DNA of 64,000 nt from a virus (lineage: Duplodnaviria; Caudoviricetes), in IMG/VR virus record IMGVR_UViG_3300043438_000518, positions 32,001 through 96,000 of that record. One strand, written 5' to 3'. Positions 1 through 14,000 of this stretch are shown in pieces. How positions within the stretch are numbered: position 1 is the stretch's first letter; every line of letters starts with the position of its first letter. Made by a program: the position numbers and the translations under genes. Under the pieces are notes generated by a model that ran no database searches, was not told the origin of the DNA, and was given only the letters and a program-made list of their open reading frames with translations.

Positions 1-219
1 AGTTTAACAGAGAAAAGAGGTAAATTTGAACAAGACGAAAACCTTAAAGCTATGGGTATTCCTATTGTTGCTCCTGGCTATGATGTTAATTCTACAGGTG
101 ATATGAGTTTACCTGCAAATATGAAAGCTGCTTTTGACTATTATAATTATATGAAAGATCAAGATGCTAAAGCAACTAAGACAGCTAAAAAAGGAATGTA
201 CAAAAAATCTAAAAAGTAA
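1..219 (+). CDS. 3' end of an upstream gene (partial), probable virion cargo protein
   Basis: Frame 1 open from base 1 to TAA at 217-219, ending TAKKGMYKKSKK; lies directly before the cargo/RNAP block. Confidence 0.65.
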   Translation, partial: SLTEKRGKFEQDENLKAMGIPIVAPGYDVNSTGDMSLPANMKAAFDYYNYMKDQDAKATKTAKKGMYKKSKK

Positions 220-222
220 ACC

Positions 223-1941
223 ATGCCAATTTCAGCACAACATACAAAGTTTGAATATCCAGATTATATTTCTCCTTTACCAGCAGACGACCTATTAAAG
301 TTTGCTCAGAAAAAGCAAGAAATGTATGATGAAGGTGTAGCTAAAGTACAACAGAACATTGACAGTTATCATAACTTACGTTCTTCTATTCTTACTGACG
401 TAGAGAAAGAGTACTTTGATAAGAGTATGGGTAACCTAGTAAAGGCTATTAGTTCAAGCGCAGGATTAGACTTCTCTAACAAAGCAAATGTACAAGCAGT
501 TTTAAACGTAGGTAAACCCTTAGAAAGAGATCAATATATCTTAACAGCTATCTCTAACGGTAAAGAAGTATCTCGTAGGCAAGAACAATTGTCTAAGATG
601 AAGCCTGGAGAACGTAGTGCAGTTAATGACTACTTCTATATGAAGGACGTTAACGACTATATGCAAAGTGGTAAGTTAGGTCAAAAGATCGGTTACGGCA
701 AAGACTATACTCCTTACGTAGATCTTTCTAAAGATTGGATGGAGTTTATGAAGACTCAAAAGCCTAATCAAAACGAGACTTTTAATATGCAATCTGGTAT
801 GGGACCTGCTTATATTGAAAAGGTAACCGTAGAAGGATTTAACACAGCAGACTTAGCAGAGAAGTTTAAAGCTTTCATTGCAACTGATCCTAACAAGTTA
901 CGTCAGTTTCAAATGGATGCTGGTTATAGTCTAGACCAAATAGGTAAAGATAATGCTTATACAGGTTACGTAGAAGATATGCAGTCTAAGGCTACTACAG
1001 CAGCACAGAATGCACAGATGTTTAGGAATGAGGCAAACAGATTAGAAAGAGCATACGCTACTACTAAGTCTCCTACTGTTAAATCACAATTAGAACAGGC
1101 TAAACAAAAAGCAACTTACTACGAACAATCTCGTTTGTTAGCAGAACAAAAAGCTTCTACTACCTTAGAAGACTTTGACTTAGGTGAGTACATGGAAATC
1201 TACCAAGACAAGTTTGCTACAAACATGGGTAACATGTATGCTAGTCAAAAAGTAAGTAGAGATCTTATCAGCAACGAATACTGGAAAGAAGCTAGAGCAG
1301 ATGCTAGACAAATGCAAAAGATTAACGCTGATAGACAGACTGCAATTGATATTAATAACTTAAATCAAAAAGTAAGTTTCCAAGCTGACACTTCTGTAAT
1401 CAAACCTTTGTTACAGAACTTTAGTAAAGTTCAAAGTAGCTTGGCTGTTATTGCAGAACAAGCAAGACAAGATGGAAATGCTGGAGCTGCTTCTAACCTT
1501 AATGAAGCTGTACAGAATTTTAGAAGAGCTGAGAAGGCTACAGGAAAAGATCAACTATTCTACATTGAACAAGCACTTGCTAAACTTCCAAAGAGAGGTA
1601 TCAATTCTAAATATCAAAATGCAATCTCAGCAATCCTTTCAGGTTCTGAAGGCACAGACTACGAGTCTACTAATACCAGACTAAGAGAAGACCTTAGAAA
1701 CATTAGAACTGCTATAGATAAGTACGGTGAGGGAGAAGATATTAATTTACCTGTAAGTGTAAACGGTATCTTCGATAGAACCTTAGGGGGTATGACATCT
1801 TTTGACTTTATTAGAAATGCTCCTAATTTAAATAACTTTTATATAGGTGCAGCTGATATTAGTACCTCTACTACAGATGATGGAGGAACTACTAAGACTA
1901 CTAGATCTGTGAAGTATTCTTCCGATATAGATAAGAAATAA
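223..1941 (+). CDS. Putative virion cargo/ejection protein preceding the RNAP gene
   Basis: 572-aa helical, Q/K/A-rich ORF; position matches crAss-like gene order; no catalytic motif seen. Confidence 0.55.
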   Translation: MPISAQHTKFEYPDYISPLPADDLLKFAQKKQEMYDEGVAKVQQNIDSYHNLRSSILTDVEKEYFDKSMGNLVKAISSSAGLDFSNKANVQAVLNVGKPLERDQYILTAISNGKEVSRRQEQLSKMKPGERSAVNDYFYMKDVNDYMQSGKLGQKIGYGKDYTPYVDLSKDWMEFMKTQKPNQNETFNMQSGMGPAYIEKVTVEGFNTADLAEKFKAFIATDPNKLRQFQMDAGYSLDQIGKDNAYTGYVEDMQSKATTAAQNAQMFRNEANRLERAYATTKSPTVKSQLEQAKQKATYYEQSRLLAEQKASTTLEDFDLGEYMEIYQDKFATNMGNMYASQKVSRDLISNEYWKEARADARQMQKINADRQTAIDINNLNQKVSFQADTSVIKPLLQNFSKVQSSLAVIAEQARQDGNAGAASNLNEAVQNFRRAEKATGKDQLFYIEQALAKLPKRGINSKYQNAISAILSGSEGTDYESTNTRLREDLRNIRTAIDKYGEGEDINLPVSVNGIFDRTLGGMTSFDFIRNAPNLNNFYIGAADISTSTTDDGGTTKTTRSVKYSSDIDKK

Positions 1942-1971
1942 ATTTATCTATCTTTATTAATTACAATTAAT

Positions 1972-1979
1972 TATATTTG
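1972..1979 (+). promoter_or_regulatory. Bacteroidota-type -7 promoter element (TATATTTG)
   Basis: Matches TAnnTTTG, intergenic, 29 nt before the RNAP ATG. Confidence 0.6.
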
Positions 1980-2008
1980 TTTACACAGTAATTTTAACTA
2001 ACTATTAG

Positions 2009-5000
2009 ATGCCACAAGATCCTATAATTGCATTACTTCAGAATCAAGGACTAGATCCATTTACACAATCTAAGCCAGTATCTCGTCTACAGGCTGCTAG
2101 TATATCTACATCAGCTGCCGAAATAAGTAGAGCAGCTGCAGCACCTTTTCAAGCACAGTTGACTATTGGTAAAGGAGTAAATGATATTTTAGCAGGAGGA
2201 GCTAAAGCAGAGATGCTTAGCCCTTATGAAAACGTATCTAGTTCTATGCTTAAGGGAATTGAGATTCCTCAGATAAGTTTAGACAAAGGAATACAACAAG
2301 AGATTAAAGTATCTGCCGATGTATTGAGTAGGACTTTAAGAGAAGGAAGTCTTGAAGAAAGTCAAGCGGCATTAAAAGAACTACGTGATAAGTATAATAA
2401 TATTTCTAAGTCTGTTTTAAGTAACAAAGAAAAAGAAAACTTAAGACAAGCTTATGCAGGTTTAGTAGAGCAGGTTAACCAGATCAATACGTTTAAATTA
2501 GCTAAACAACAGACTGATTCTTTCTTTTCTGAAAATGCTTTAGAGGACAGAGAAAAGGGACTTAAAGACTTTAATGCTAACTCACGTCTTCCTCTTTCAC
2601 TTAAATCTAAACAAACTAAGAACTCTGACATTATCAATAGTCTTGCAGATTTAGAATCTAATAGAATAGGATCTAGACTATATAACGAAGAAGACTTATC
2701 TACTTTTAAATCTACCTATGTAGATACTGATAAGGATCTTTATGCTGGTATGGAAATGCAGTATAATTATGCTGTTAAGCAATCAGTAGATGAAAAGATC
2801 AACGACTATCAGAAACAAATCCAAGATTTAGATTCTCAAATTAAGCAGTCATATGATCAAGGTCAGAAGAATGCGTTAGCTATGCAGAAAGCAGGTGTAG
2901 TAAAAGAACTTAACTACGCTAATAACCTTTCTCAGAAACTTAAGCCTTACACTAATGAAGATACTTACCTAAAGAACTTCTACCCAGAAGAGTATACTAA
3001 GAAAAAAGATAGACAAAAACAGGAAGTATATCGTAATGAAATGCTTGCTGAAGGTGATCAAGGATCTTGGTCAGAAACTCTATATAGAAGTGCTCAGAGT
3101 ATAGGTTCAAATTTTACCAAACAAATTTCAGGTGCAGCTTATTTTTTTGGAAACAAAGAACTTGGATACAGACTTAAGTCTGCTGCAGAGTCTATTGCTC
3201 CTCCTACTTACTTTGTAGGTAAAGATCTAAACAAGAATAGTAAAATAGACGATTCTGAAATTACTAGAGACATTCATGGTAACCGAGTTACTATGAGTCA
3301 AGTAAGATGGATAGATAAAAGCGGAGAGTCTCATTGGAACCTATGGGCTCCTGTAGAACAAACTCTTCCTATCTTAACAGACGTACTTACTACTATTGCA
3401 ATTTCTAAAGGATTAGGTGCAGTAGGTAGAGGTGCAGGATTAACTTATGGTAGGATGGGTGCTGCTGCAGGATTAGGTGAAGCTGCAAATGCTAGCTTTG
3501 TAAAAAACTGGGCTCCACGTATTTCTACTATGGGTATAGTAAGTGCTACAACTTTCCCTAGATTTTATGCAGAAGAACGCTCTAACTTTAAGAACTCTGA
3601 TGATGCATTTAAAGTAGCTACTATGCGTGCGGCTGTAGAAGGTCTTACAGAATCTATTGTACCTGATGTAAACATGTTTAGTGGCAAGATTGCTTACGGT
3701 GCTTTAGATCCTGCATTTGCTAAACTAGGTAAATTAGATCCTGCTAGTCTGAGTCGCTTAACAGTTAAGAGAGATGTTCTATTAGGACTATTACCTAAGG
3801 GAGCTATATCACCTGCTAAGGCTGCTTTGTTAATGGCTCCTGCAGCTCTAAGAAGAACTCTAACAGGAGCTTCTCAAGAAGCTATAGAAGAACTAGGTTC
3901 TTTAGTAGGTAACTATGTTGTAGATCAGTATGCTTCTAATCAAAACTTTGAAGTAGAAGAAACTAATCAACTAACAGGTGAGGCTTTCTTAGATACTTTT
4001 GTAGAAGGTTTTATTCCTTCTTTGTTTATTTCAGGGGGTTCTACTTTACTTGCTAAAGGAGCAATGAAAAAAGAACGCTTAGATCAAGCAAGATGGAACA
4101 TAGCAAACAACCCTGAAAAGTATAAACAGTTAATCGCTAACCAAGTTCAAAACCAAAAGATCACCAAAGACGAAGGTTTAAAAAGAACTGTTGCAATTGA
4201 TAGACTAGCTAAACAGTTAGACGTTATTCCTGAAATTCAAAACATCAAGAGTCTAACTACCTTATTGGATGACAAAGAAGCTCAGTATAACTTCTTTAAT
4301 AATGTTCTTTTTCAAGAAGATCTTCTTACTGTAGATACTACACAGTTAAGTGAAGAACAAGTAGAGCAACATAAAGAGTCTTTGGCTAAAGTAAGTAAAG
4401 ACATTCTTACTACGAAAAATCTAGCTGATAAGTATGCTGGACTAGAGGAGAACGATAAGAAAGCAATCATATCTAAACTGTTTGATAAGCAAGCTCAGGC
4501 TGCAACCTCAGAGGATGCTACTCTTTCTTCTATTATGTTTACTGCAGAGCAAACTAAACAAATGATGGTTACTGCTCCTGTAAACGATCCTAGATACGAA
4601 TTTATTAACGAACAGTATAAGAACTTTCAAAGCAAGGTAGATGCTAATATTAGAACTAGGGTTGAGAACTTTGCTTCTAGATTAGAAAACACTCCAGAGC
4701 AAGTAACTCTACTTGAGTTGCAGATGGCACAAGATACCTTCTTACCTGCATTAGAACGCTTAGATGCTTTAGATAAAGGTATGCAGGTAGAGAACTCTCC
4801 TATGGCTCCAGAGATAGGGCCTATGCCTGAGAATACTCCTGAGTTAATGCAGGCTATTAAAGATGAATTAGCTTCTAGAAAAATAATATCAGCAGAAGAT
4901 TTTAATCGTGAAGTAAGTCAGAACTTAAAGAATCCAGAAACCAAACAAGTACAAGAAGCTCAGTTAAGTGTAGCAGAGTTGTCTGAAGAAGAACTTGCTA

Positions 5001-8000
5001 CTGGAGAGCTGAGTGAAACAGCTCACGAACATTTAAGTGATACACAAAAATTTTCTTTAGCGACTAGTTTACAAAATCACAAAAAACAAAAAGATCAGTC
5101 TCCTAGTGAGTTAACTGACTTAGAAGAGTTTAGAAACAGAACTCTGTTTAATATATACAAAAGTAGTTTAGAAGGTCTTACTCCTGAAAATCAGGTAGCA
5201 AAGATTATAGAGATGAACAAAGTTGCTTTGGGCATAGCTGTAGATACTCCAGCGGTTAATAACTTCTCTGCTAATCCTACTAACACTGCTGTTCCCGTAA
5301 CTCCTGCACCTGTAGTAAACATACCAGGTCAATTAGACGAAGTAGACAGAGAGGTTTACACTGAGTATGCTAATTACTTGGCTGAGTTTAATCAACAGTT
5401 AGCAGACTTCGATCCAACTGCTGATGAGACTCGTACAATGGTAGCTGAGTTTAACAAGAATCTTTTTGACAGTCTTTTATCCTTAGATTCTTTAAACGCA
5501 GTTAGGTCTGCTTTGTTGGCTGTTTATCCTGAGAATGTATTAGGAATTGAAGCTATGTATGAAGCAGCTAAGCAGGGTAATATAAACTTAGATTCAATAC
5601 AATTTAGCCCAAAGAAGAAAGAAAGATTTATTGCTCGTTTAAAAACTCTTATGGGTGAAGCAGACTCTACTCCTGAAACTCCTGTAGTTGAAACACCAAC
5701 TAATGAAGTATTAGAAGAAGCACCAGAGATTGCAGAAGATGGAGAAAATAATCAAACAGATAATTATGACTCAGCACAAAAGTCAACTGAATTAAGTCTG
5801 ACAAATCTTCTTAAAGGAACTAAAGGATTAGAACTTCAGTTAATATCTGTAACAAAAGAAGACGTATCCCTTAACGATCCAGCAGTAAATCTTGCTTATA
5901 GCATTATGGAGTTTTACTCTGAAGCAGAGCGTTTAGGAAAGAGTCTTGCTATGAAAGTTAGAATTCAAAGCATGATGGGTATTTATGAGTTCGTACTGCC
6001 TGCAGGATCTGTAGAAAGATTAAACGAATTAAAACAACTTAAGTCTTTGTCTCCTGAAGAGAAAATAGAGTTAAGAGATTTATTATCTGTAAACAATCGT
6101 CCTATTCATAATGAAGGAATGTTGTCTTTCTTAGAAGAGAATCCTTCTGAAATAGGTACTGGAGTAGGTACTGCGTTTGTAAACTCTGACAATAACTTGC
6201 TTAAGTTTACAGCTAAAGGAAAACCATCTACTGCTAAGACTGCTTTTGTTTTCATTCCTGCTATAAAGAAAACAGGAATACAATCAGAGAAAGAGATTAG
6301 AGAAAGAGTTGGCAGAGGAGAAATTTTAGTATCACCAATTTCAGGAATTGTATCAGGAGTGGATAAAACTTCTCCCTTAACTAACGCAGTAGGTGAAAAC
6401 ATTTATGTACACACAGGACCTGCGACTACTATTAAAGGGGCACAAAAAGTCTATACACTTAAACCTGGGGTTGTGTACTTACAGAAGGAAGATGCTCGTT
6501 ATCAGTACACAGGTATAAACATTCCTACTAACGGAAGTGATATTCAAATTCTTGTTAATGCTTTTAACAATGGTACTCTTCCTCAAAATATAGATGAGTC
6601 TATCAGACAAGATGCTAGTCTATTCTTAAACTACTTAAACAGACAGATAAACTCTACCAAAGTAGGCAAGGAAGAAACTTTAAAGATTAGATTCTTTAAA
6701 GGGGCTAATCTATTCCTCTCAACTACTAATGATAATAAACTTATAGTAAAGTATCAAGTAGAAGGTAAGGATGGTAAAAAGTATTTAAAGCCATCTAAGA
6801 ACCAAGACGAAGACTTGCTTAAGATTGGACAATCTTCTTACAAATTAGTAGATGCAAGATTCTTAGAAGATAACAAGCCTTACACTGCTTTAGTAGTAGA
6901 TGCTAAAGGTAAAATAAGCACTAAGCAATTTAACTCTTACTCTGACTTTATTAAGAGTCCTGAGTTTGGAGCAAACTACGTAAGAGAAGAGAATAGAACA
7001 TTCTCTTTTAGTCCTGAGCTTGAGTCTCTGAATACATCTTCAGTTGCTGTGGATGAAATAGATACAACTCCTATTGCACCTATTAGTGAAGTACCGACTA
7101 CTCCTACTCAACCTGCAGATGCTAGAGCTGATATAGAAAAAAGAACTACAAAAATAATATCTTCTGAAATTGTAGAAAAAGGAAATAGAAAAGGTCAAAC
7201 AAGAATCGTAAGTCAGACTAATTCTATTACAGATTTAGAGGGTACACTAGTAAGTGTCACAGAGTATGAAGCAAAAGTGGGAGATACTACAGTTGGACTT
7301 GGAGGTAAATCCATGACTCTTAAACAATTTAAAGAAGAGTTTCCATTAGACGAGGATTATGTAGGAATATTTGAAGGATTAGATGATGACTCAATTATTA
7401 CAGTAATAAAAGTAAAAAGAGTTCCTACTAGTTCAAGATTTAATAGTGTAGTAAGTATTTATACTGTCCAGTATGGTAAAATGGATGCAGGCATTAAAAA
7501 TGATGATGTAAAATATAACGCAGAACTGGCTGCTTTAGAACAGCCTACTCCCCAACCTGCAAAAGGACCTAAAAGACTTAGTAGAAGACCTACACTTTAT
7601 AAGGATCCATCAGAAGACTCTCTTATTGATCCAGACTTTTTCTTTAGAGCAAAAGCTTTAAGCAACTCTATCACAGGTAGGCAGAATACTTTAGCAAAAG
7701 CTTGGGTAGCTAATCATCCTATATTTAAAAATACTCCTTTCATCTTTGATGAGACTATCAGTCATCCTGAAGCTTATGCTGTATGGTCAAAGGCAGGTAT
7801 CTTCTTATACGAAGGAGCTAACTATGCAGAAGCGTATCATGAAGCATGGCATGAATTCTCTCAGTTGTATTTAACTCCTGAACAGAAAGCTGCTTTGTAT
7901 GCAGAAGCAAGAGAATTGTATGGAGATTTAACGTTTGTACAACTAGAAGAAAGATTAGCAGACGACTTCCGTGCTTACGCTTTAAGCGAAGGCAAAGAGT

Positions 8001-11000
8001 TTCCTGCTCTTATCCAACAAGCAAGAAAGAGTAAATCTATCTTTAAAGAGATCTGGGACTTTATCTCTAATCTATTTTTAAATAAGAAAACAGTTGACCA
8101 CTACTTCAGTCGTTTGTACAAAGGAAATCTTAATGGTTTTAAACGTAGAGAGTCTAATCAATACTTTAAACAACTCTACTCTGGTAAGTACACTTACAAT
8201 GACGCTGAAGGAGTAAGTCATGCACTTTCTTATGTAGACTCTAAAAAGTACCTAGACGACTTAGACAGTCTTTATGTAGCTACTACTAGTGCTATGTCTA
8301 AAGACAAAGGAGTTACGTTTGTAAACATACTAGCTAATCCTAAGCAAGCAAATCTAGTCTACTCTATGATGGCTAAGCGATTAGACTCTGAATATACTCA
8401 GTTGTTAGAATCATACGAACAAACTGATAATGTAGAATACGTTCCACGTATTGATGCTATTGTAGACCTTTTAGAAAACTTTGAAGCTACAGTAAAATTC
8501 CATAAGCAAAACTCTTTCTTATTTGAAGATAAAGTTAGAAAGGCACTTTTAAATAATCAGATAGTTGAACAAGAAAGTGTCAATGCTGAGTTTGCTTCGT
8601 ATGAAGCTAGCGTAAACGAAATGTCCCAGAAGCAGTTGGCTTCACAAACTTTAATTAGTGCTCTTAGAACGCTTCCTAGATATGAAAACGGGGTACAAGT
8701 ATTTCATCCTGTATTTGGAACTCCTCTGTTGAGCGACTTTAGTTCTAACTGGAATATCCTACAACGCAGGTTGTCAGGAGTAAACTCTTACTCAGAACTA
8801 TTTAGTAGGGTAGAAAACATTGCTGAAGTGTATCCTCAATTTACTGAGTTTCTATCTTATTTGCCTACACCAGAAGAAGACTTAACTTTTACTAGTGACT
8901 TAAACTTTAAGAATGAATTCTATCGTATCTTTAGTATGCCTTACATTGAAGGCTACACTACAGACATCAAGAGAGATGAAGATGGAAATATTGAAGACGT
9001 AAGAGTATTCCAAGCACAATCATTAGATGCTCAAAACATTAGGCGTTCTTTTGACTCAGCTTTTTCTCTTAACCCTTCTGAGTATTCTTTGACTAATGCA
9101 GAGACAGGTACAGCATACTTAAATACAACAAAGTACTTTAATACTTTCCCTGGTATCCCTGCAGTACCTATTGACGAAGAAGAATTTGAAGACTACAATC
9201 GTTCTTTGTATAATATGTTAACTCCATTAGGATTTAACTTAAGTCCTAACTCTATTGAGTTGTTTGTTAAGGAAGATCCAACTGTACAGTCTGCTAGAGT
9301 ATCTTTAATTTATAATAAACTTAAATCTTTATCTCAGGTACAGGCTTACATTGCAACTCCTTTAGCAAGTATTTCTAGTTCTCATATGATTGAAGATAAA
9401 GGATCTAAGATTAAAGTAGAAGGAGAAAATACTAGTATATCAAATATTATACAATATGAGGTAGAGGCTAACCCTCAGTATGTTAATGACATGAGGTATA
9501 ATGCAGTACAGAAACAAATCTGGTCTGTAAACCAACATACATTAATGACTAGAGTTCTTGGAGTATTAAACGATGAGGTATCTTATCCTACATTAGAAGA
9601 TGTTTACAGAGAACTTCCTCATCTAGATCCCACAAATAATCCCAACACAATAGGTTCTTTTGTATTGTCTTACTTGTTTAATACAGCAGGTAACCGAATT
9701 ACAGATAAGATGCAGAACCAACAAGTCTACAGAAAAGTAGAACTTGGTAACTTGTTAGGAATTAAAGATAGAGGAGAAGGCGAAAAGACAATTGACTCTA
9801 ATGAAGCTAAGAAACACTATGCTGATATTTTAGGATTAGTTAAGTCAGGTGTAGAAGAGATTAACCGTCTTAGTGGTAAGTCAACTACTAGGGGATTAAT
9901 CATGGATCTTCGCTTAAGAAAGTTCTTGGGCTTTAACAACTCTACTAACCAAGTAGATGAGTTCATTGCTTATGGGCCAGCGCAAGTTCCTTACAGTTTG
10001 TTTGTAAGTAGAATTCTTCCTCTTATTAAGTCTGAAGTTGAAGTTACTCTTAAGGATTCTGATAAATATAAAATTAGTCCTTTAGACGGAGATGGTTCTC
10101 CTAAACTTACATACTTCCATAAAATCTTTACTCCTGAACAACGTACTGCTTTATACGCAGCATACACATCAGCAGACTCTACAAAGTCTTTAGAGGACGT
10201 ATTTAAAGAAATGCCTGAGGCACAAGCAGTATTTAATAAGTTTCAAGAATACATTGCAAGTAATGTAAAAGGATCAGAAGCTATCTTAGGTACGACTTAT
10301 CCTGTAGATAAAGTAGATTTATTTAAGTATCATTTCTTCTCTTTTGTTTCTCGTATTGAACAACATAAGATATTCTTTAACCATCCTTACTACTACAAGA
10401 ATCCTAAAGATATCGAAAAGCGTTTGAGTATGTGGAATGCTTTTGGTTCTTATGCTATAATTGATCAACAGAATATAGATTACTTATTATCTGATAGGTC
10501 TGGTTTAAGTATGTATTCTCACAGAGATGCTTTCCATGCACATGCAGGTCAAGTAGGAATTAAAATAAATGCTAATAGAGCTGCAGTAGATCAAATCTCT
10601 TACCTCGTTTTAAAGGATGAGCCAATTAAATCCCCTACAGCAAAAGCAAGTAAATTCTACGGTAAGTACAAAGATGCTTATACAAATGATCCTAAATCAG
10701 AAAAACAAAATGCTGCAGCTTTCTGTACATTAGATTTCTATCGTAAGTTCTATTCTTTGTCTACAGGTATTACTCTTCCAATGAAGCAAGAGTTTGATCG
10801 TCAAGATAAGATCTATAAAAAATACCTAGAGTTACAAAGAGCAGACGAGTTTACTAGAGACCAGCTCAGTAAGGAATTAGAGGAAGAATTAAATAAAGGT
10901 CCTTTCTATAAGTTTACTATTAAGAAACTACAGTACGCAGGTCATAACAAAATAGAAAGTGGAGAGTCAGTTCCTGTAGGTCACAAGTATTCTATGAAGC

Positions 11001-14000
11001 CTATTCTTCCTTCTGAGATTATAGGTGATCCTAAACTCGCTTCTATTCTTCAGAAACTTCATGCTTCTTCTGCAGAGTATGCAGTATTTGAATCAGGCAC
11101 TAAGTTGTCTGAGACTGTTAAGCCTGTAAGTTTATTTAATGCTAAAGGAGAAGTACAAGACAAAGCAGTACCTGTAGGATTGATTGATCTTAAGAACCTT
11201 AAAGAGCAGGTATTAATTGAAAACAAAGAAGACTTTAACAACATCTTCAGTACTCAGTTCCGTAAACTTGTATATAAGGATATCACTACTCCTGACGGAG
11301 AAGCTTTGTATGAGTCTTACAAATCTATCATTGAGAATCTTACTAACTTTGATAAACTTAATTTCTTAGAACAGTTAGACGACAAAGAGAAACTTGTAGA
11401 GTTCTTGATTCGTGAGATTTCTAAAAAGAATGCAGCAGAGTCTACTAAAGATCTTCTTAGATTAAAAGAAGATGGTACTTTAACTCACAGCCTTGATAGT
11501 ATGATTGATCGTACTGTTATGGAGAGTGCAGTTGTATCTAGTGTTAAGAATCAAATCATTAAACAAAAGCTTCCTGGTGCACAGAGAGTACAGTATCCTG
11601 TATCTTTGATTAGACCTTCAAGGAAGTTAAGATTCTATGATATAGTAGATGGAAAGATTACTAAGGCCGAAGCTATGGTCTCTTTCTCAAAAGGATATTA
11701 CCCTTTGCTTAATCTTCTTTCACCTGTAGACAAACAACCTATTGGTCAACTAGACAATGAGGGTAATGTAATAAACCCACATACTGCGCTTACTCGTTTG
11801 AATGAAGCACTTGCTAATCCTAAGTTTAGAAGTCGTTATGCTAATCAACTTACCATGGAAGCTATTCGTATTCCTGGAGAGAAGCATCGTTCAATGGAGA
11901 ACTACGAGATAGTAGAATTCTTACCCGAAGAAAGTGGAGAAATTATTTTAGTTCCTGACGAGATTGTAATTAAGTCTGGTGGTGACTTTGATATTGATAA
12001 GTTGTTCTGTTATGATCCTGTATTGAATGCAGACGGAAGTTTTACATACGGACCTGAGATTACCTCACAAGAAGCTTTTGAGTTAAAGAAAGATCTTATA
12101 AATAGATTACAAGAAAATAAAGAATTGTTTAGAGAGTTCTACCAGGATAAACAAGACCTTATTCAAGACTTACAAGATATCCTTGTTAGTCGTGGTATTG
12201 CTGCAGACACTAGAGTATCTGCTTTGTATAAAGAACTTCGTTCCTACAAGTATGTAAACGAACAAGAACTTGTAGACGAAGGTGCTATTACCGAGACAGA
12301 TCAAGAAAGATTAAGGAAGTGGGCAGCAGGAGAAGTATCTACTGAAAAGAAAGACCTCTCTAAAGACATTAAAAATAGGATTAAGGTACTCAGAGCCACC
12401 TTATCAGAGATATCGGATGAAGGACTCTCTCAAGAAATCATAAACATTAATACTAGACTTAGTGTTATTGCAAAAGAAGGAAGAGATATCAAGAACGAAT
12501 TAAAGAATCTTAGAGGTCGCTTTACAAATAGACTACTTCTTAACATCTCTAATCGTTTATCTCAGCCTGAAATCTTCGAAGACTTAATTGCCCCTAACGA
12601 CATTGCTAAAGTTACAGAAGCAGTAGAGTTGTTTGGTAGTTCATCAGATATTACTACAGCGTCTCTTACTAACCTTGTCAGTCCTTTATACCAGTTGTAT
12701 GTATTCTCTTTGAATACTTATAAGACTTCTTTGGGTACAGATGCTAAGAATAACGTATTCCACGCATTGTTACAAAGAACTACCTTCTACAGAGAAGATA
12801 AGAACGGTAACAGAAAGTTTCTTTTAGATGCAAATAGAACTGTAGATGGATTCTTAAACTTTAGTGGTGTATTTAACATAGACGGAGATAAGATATCGAA
12901 CATATCAGGTGAGATGATTAGTGCTCACGTAGATATTGAAAAGAACGATGGTATTGCTAAAATTGGACTTAACAACGTAATCACTCCTGTAGTTAACTAT
13001 GCTAACATGGCAGGTGTTAGATTCTTTGATATGGTTAAGCTAATTAACTTAACTGACGGAATTAGAAAACAATCTTCTATTATACGATACTCTAGAGGAA
13101 AGTCTATAGAGGAAGTTTTAGATGTTATGTACAAGAATGCTTCTGAAGGAAGTGTAGTTAAGTCTTTGATTGATACTTCTAAGAATGAATTTGGAAGAGT
13201 TATTCGTGGCAAACTGATTAACAATGTATTTAACCAAATGCTAAAAAACACTACATCAGAAACTTCTAAGGAGTTAATGCTTAGTGTTGAAGACCCTTTA
13301 CAGGATCTTAGAAGATTTGCACAGTTCCTTGAGCTAGAAGACCAAACAAGAGACTTAGCTACTATTTCATTGGCTACAGATTATGATACATTCTCTCCTC
13401 AAAACTTTGAATCATTCAGATCTAACATCTTAAGTTTGATTCCTTACATAAAAGAAGGTGGAGAGAAAGCAGGTATCTTTAACAAGAAAGGTCTGGACGA
13501 TATCATAAACAACTCAATCATTGCTCCTTTCCAAGTACAACAAGATGTTTTAGATAAGTTTGTTCAAGTATTTCCTATCTCTGCTAATCCTAAGATTACA
13601 AATACTATTCTCAGACAGTTTGCAGTAGTCCAGAAGATAAATAGAAAACTAGACTATGATAAGTTCTCCCGTACGTTTAAGAATGATTTGCTTTATGCTT
13701 TGTACATTAATAACGTACCACAGGTGGTTCAGTTTGAAGCTTACTTAGATAAAACAAGTCCTGCAAACTTAGCAACTATGCTTACTAACCTTAAGAGTAG
13801 ACTGCGTAATAGAGGAATTGCTGCTGATAATATTATGTTTGATATTATGAGTGCAACTACAGATGTTGACTCTAAGTATATTAGAACAGGTATCTTGGAT
13901 ACAGACTTAGACTATTCAGTTGATATGTATAAGGAAGAGTTTGAGAGAGGATTCAATTGGTCTCACTCAGAGCTAAATCCTGACAACGCTTTAGACTCTG

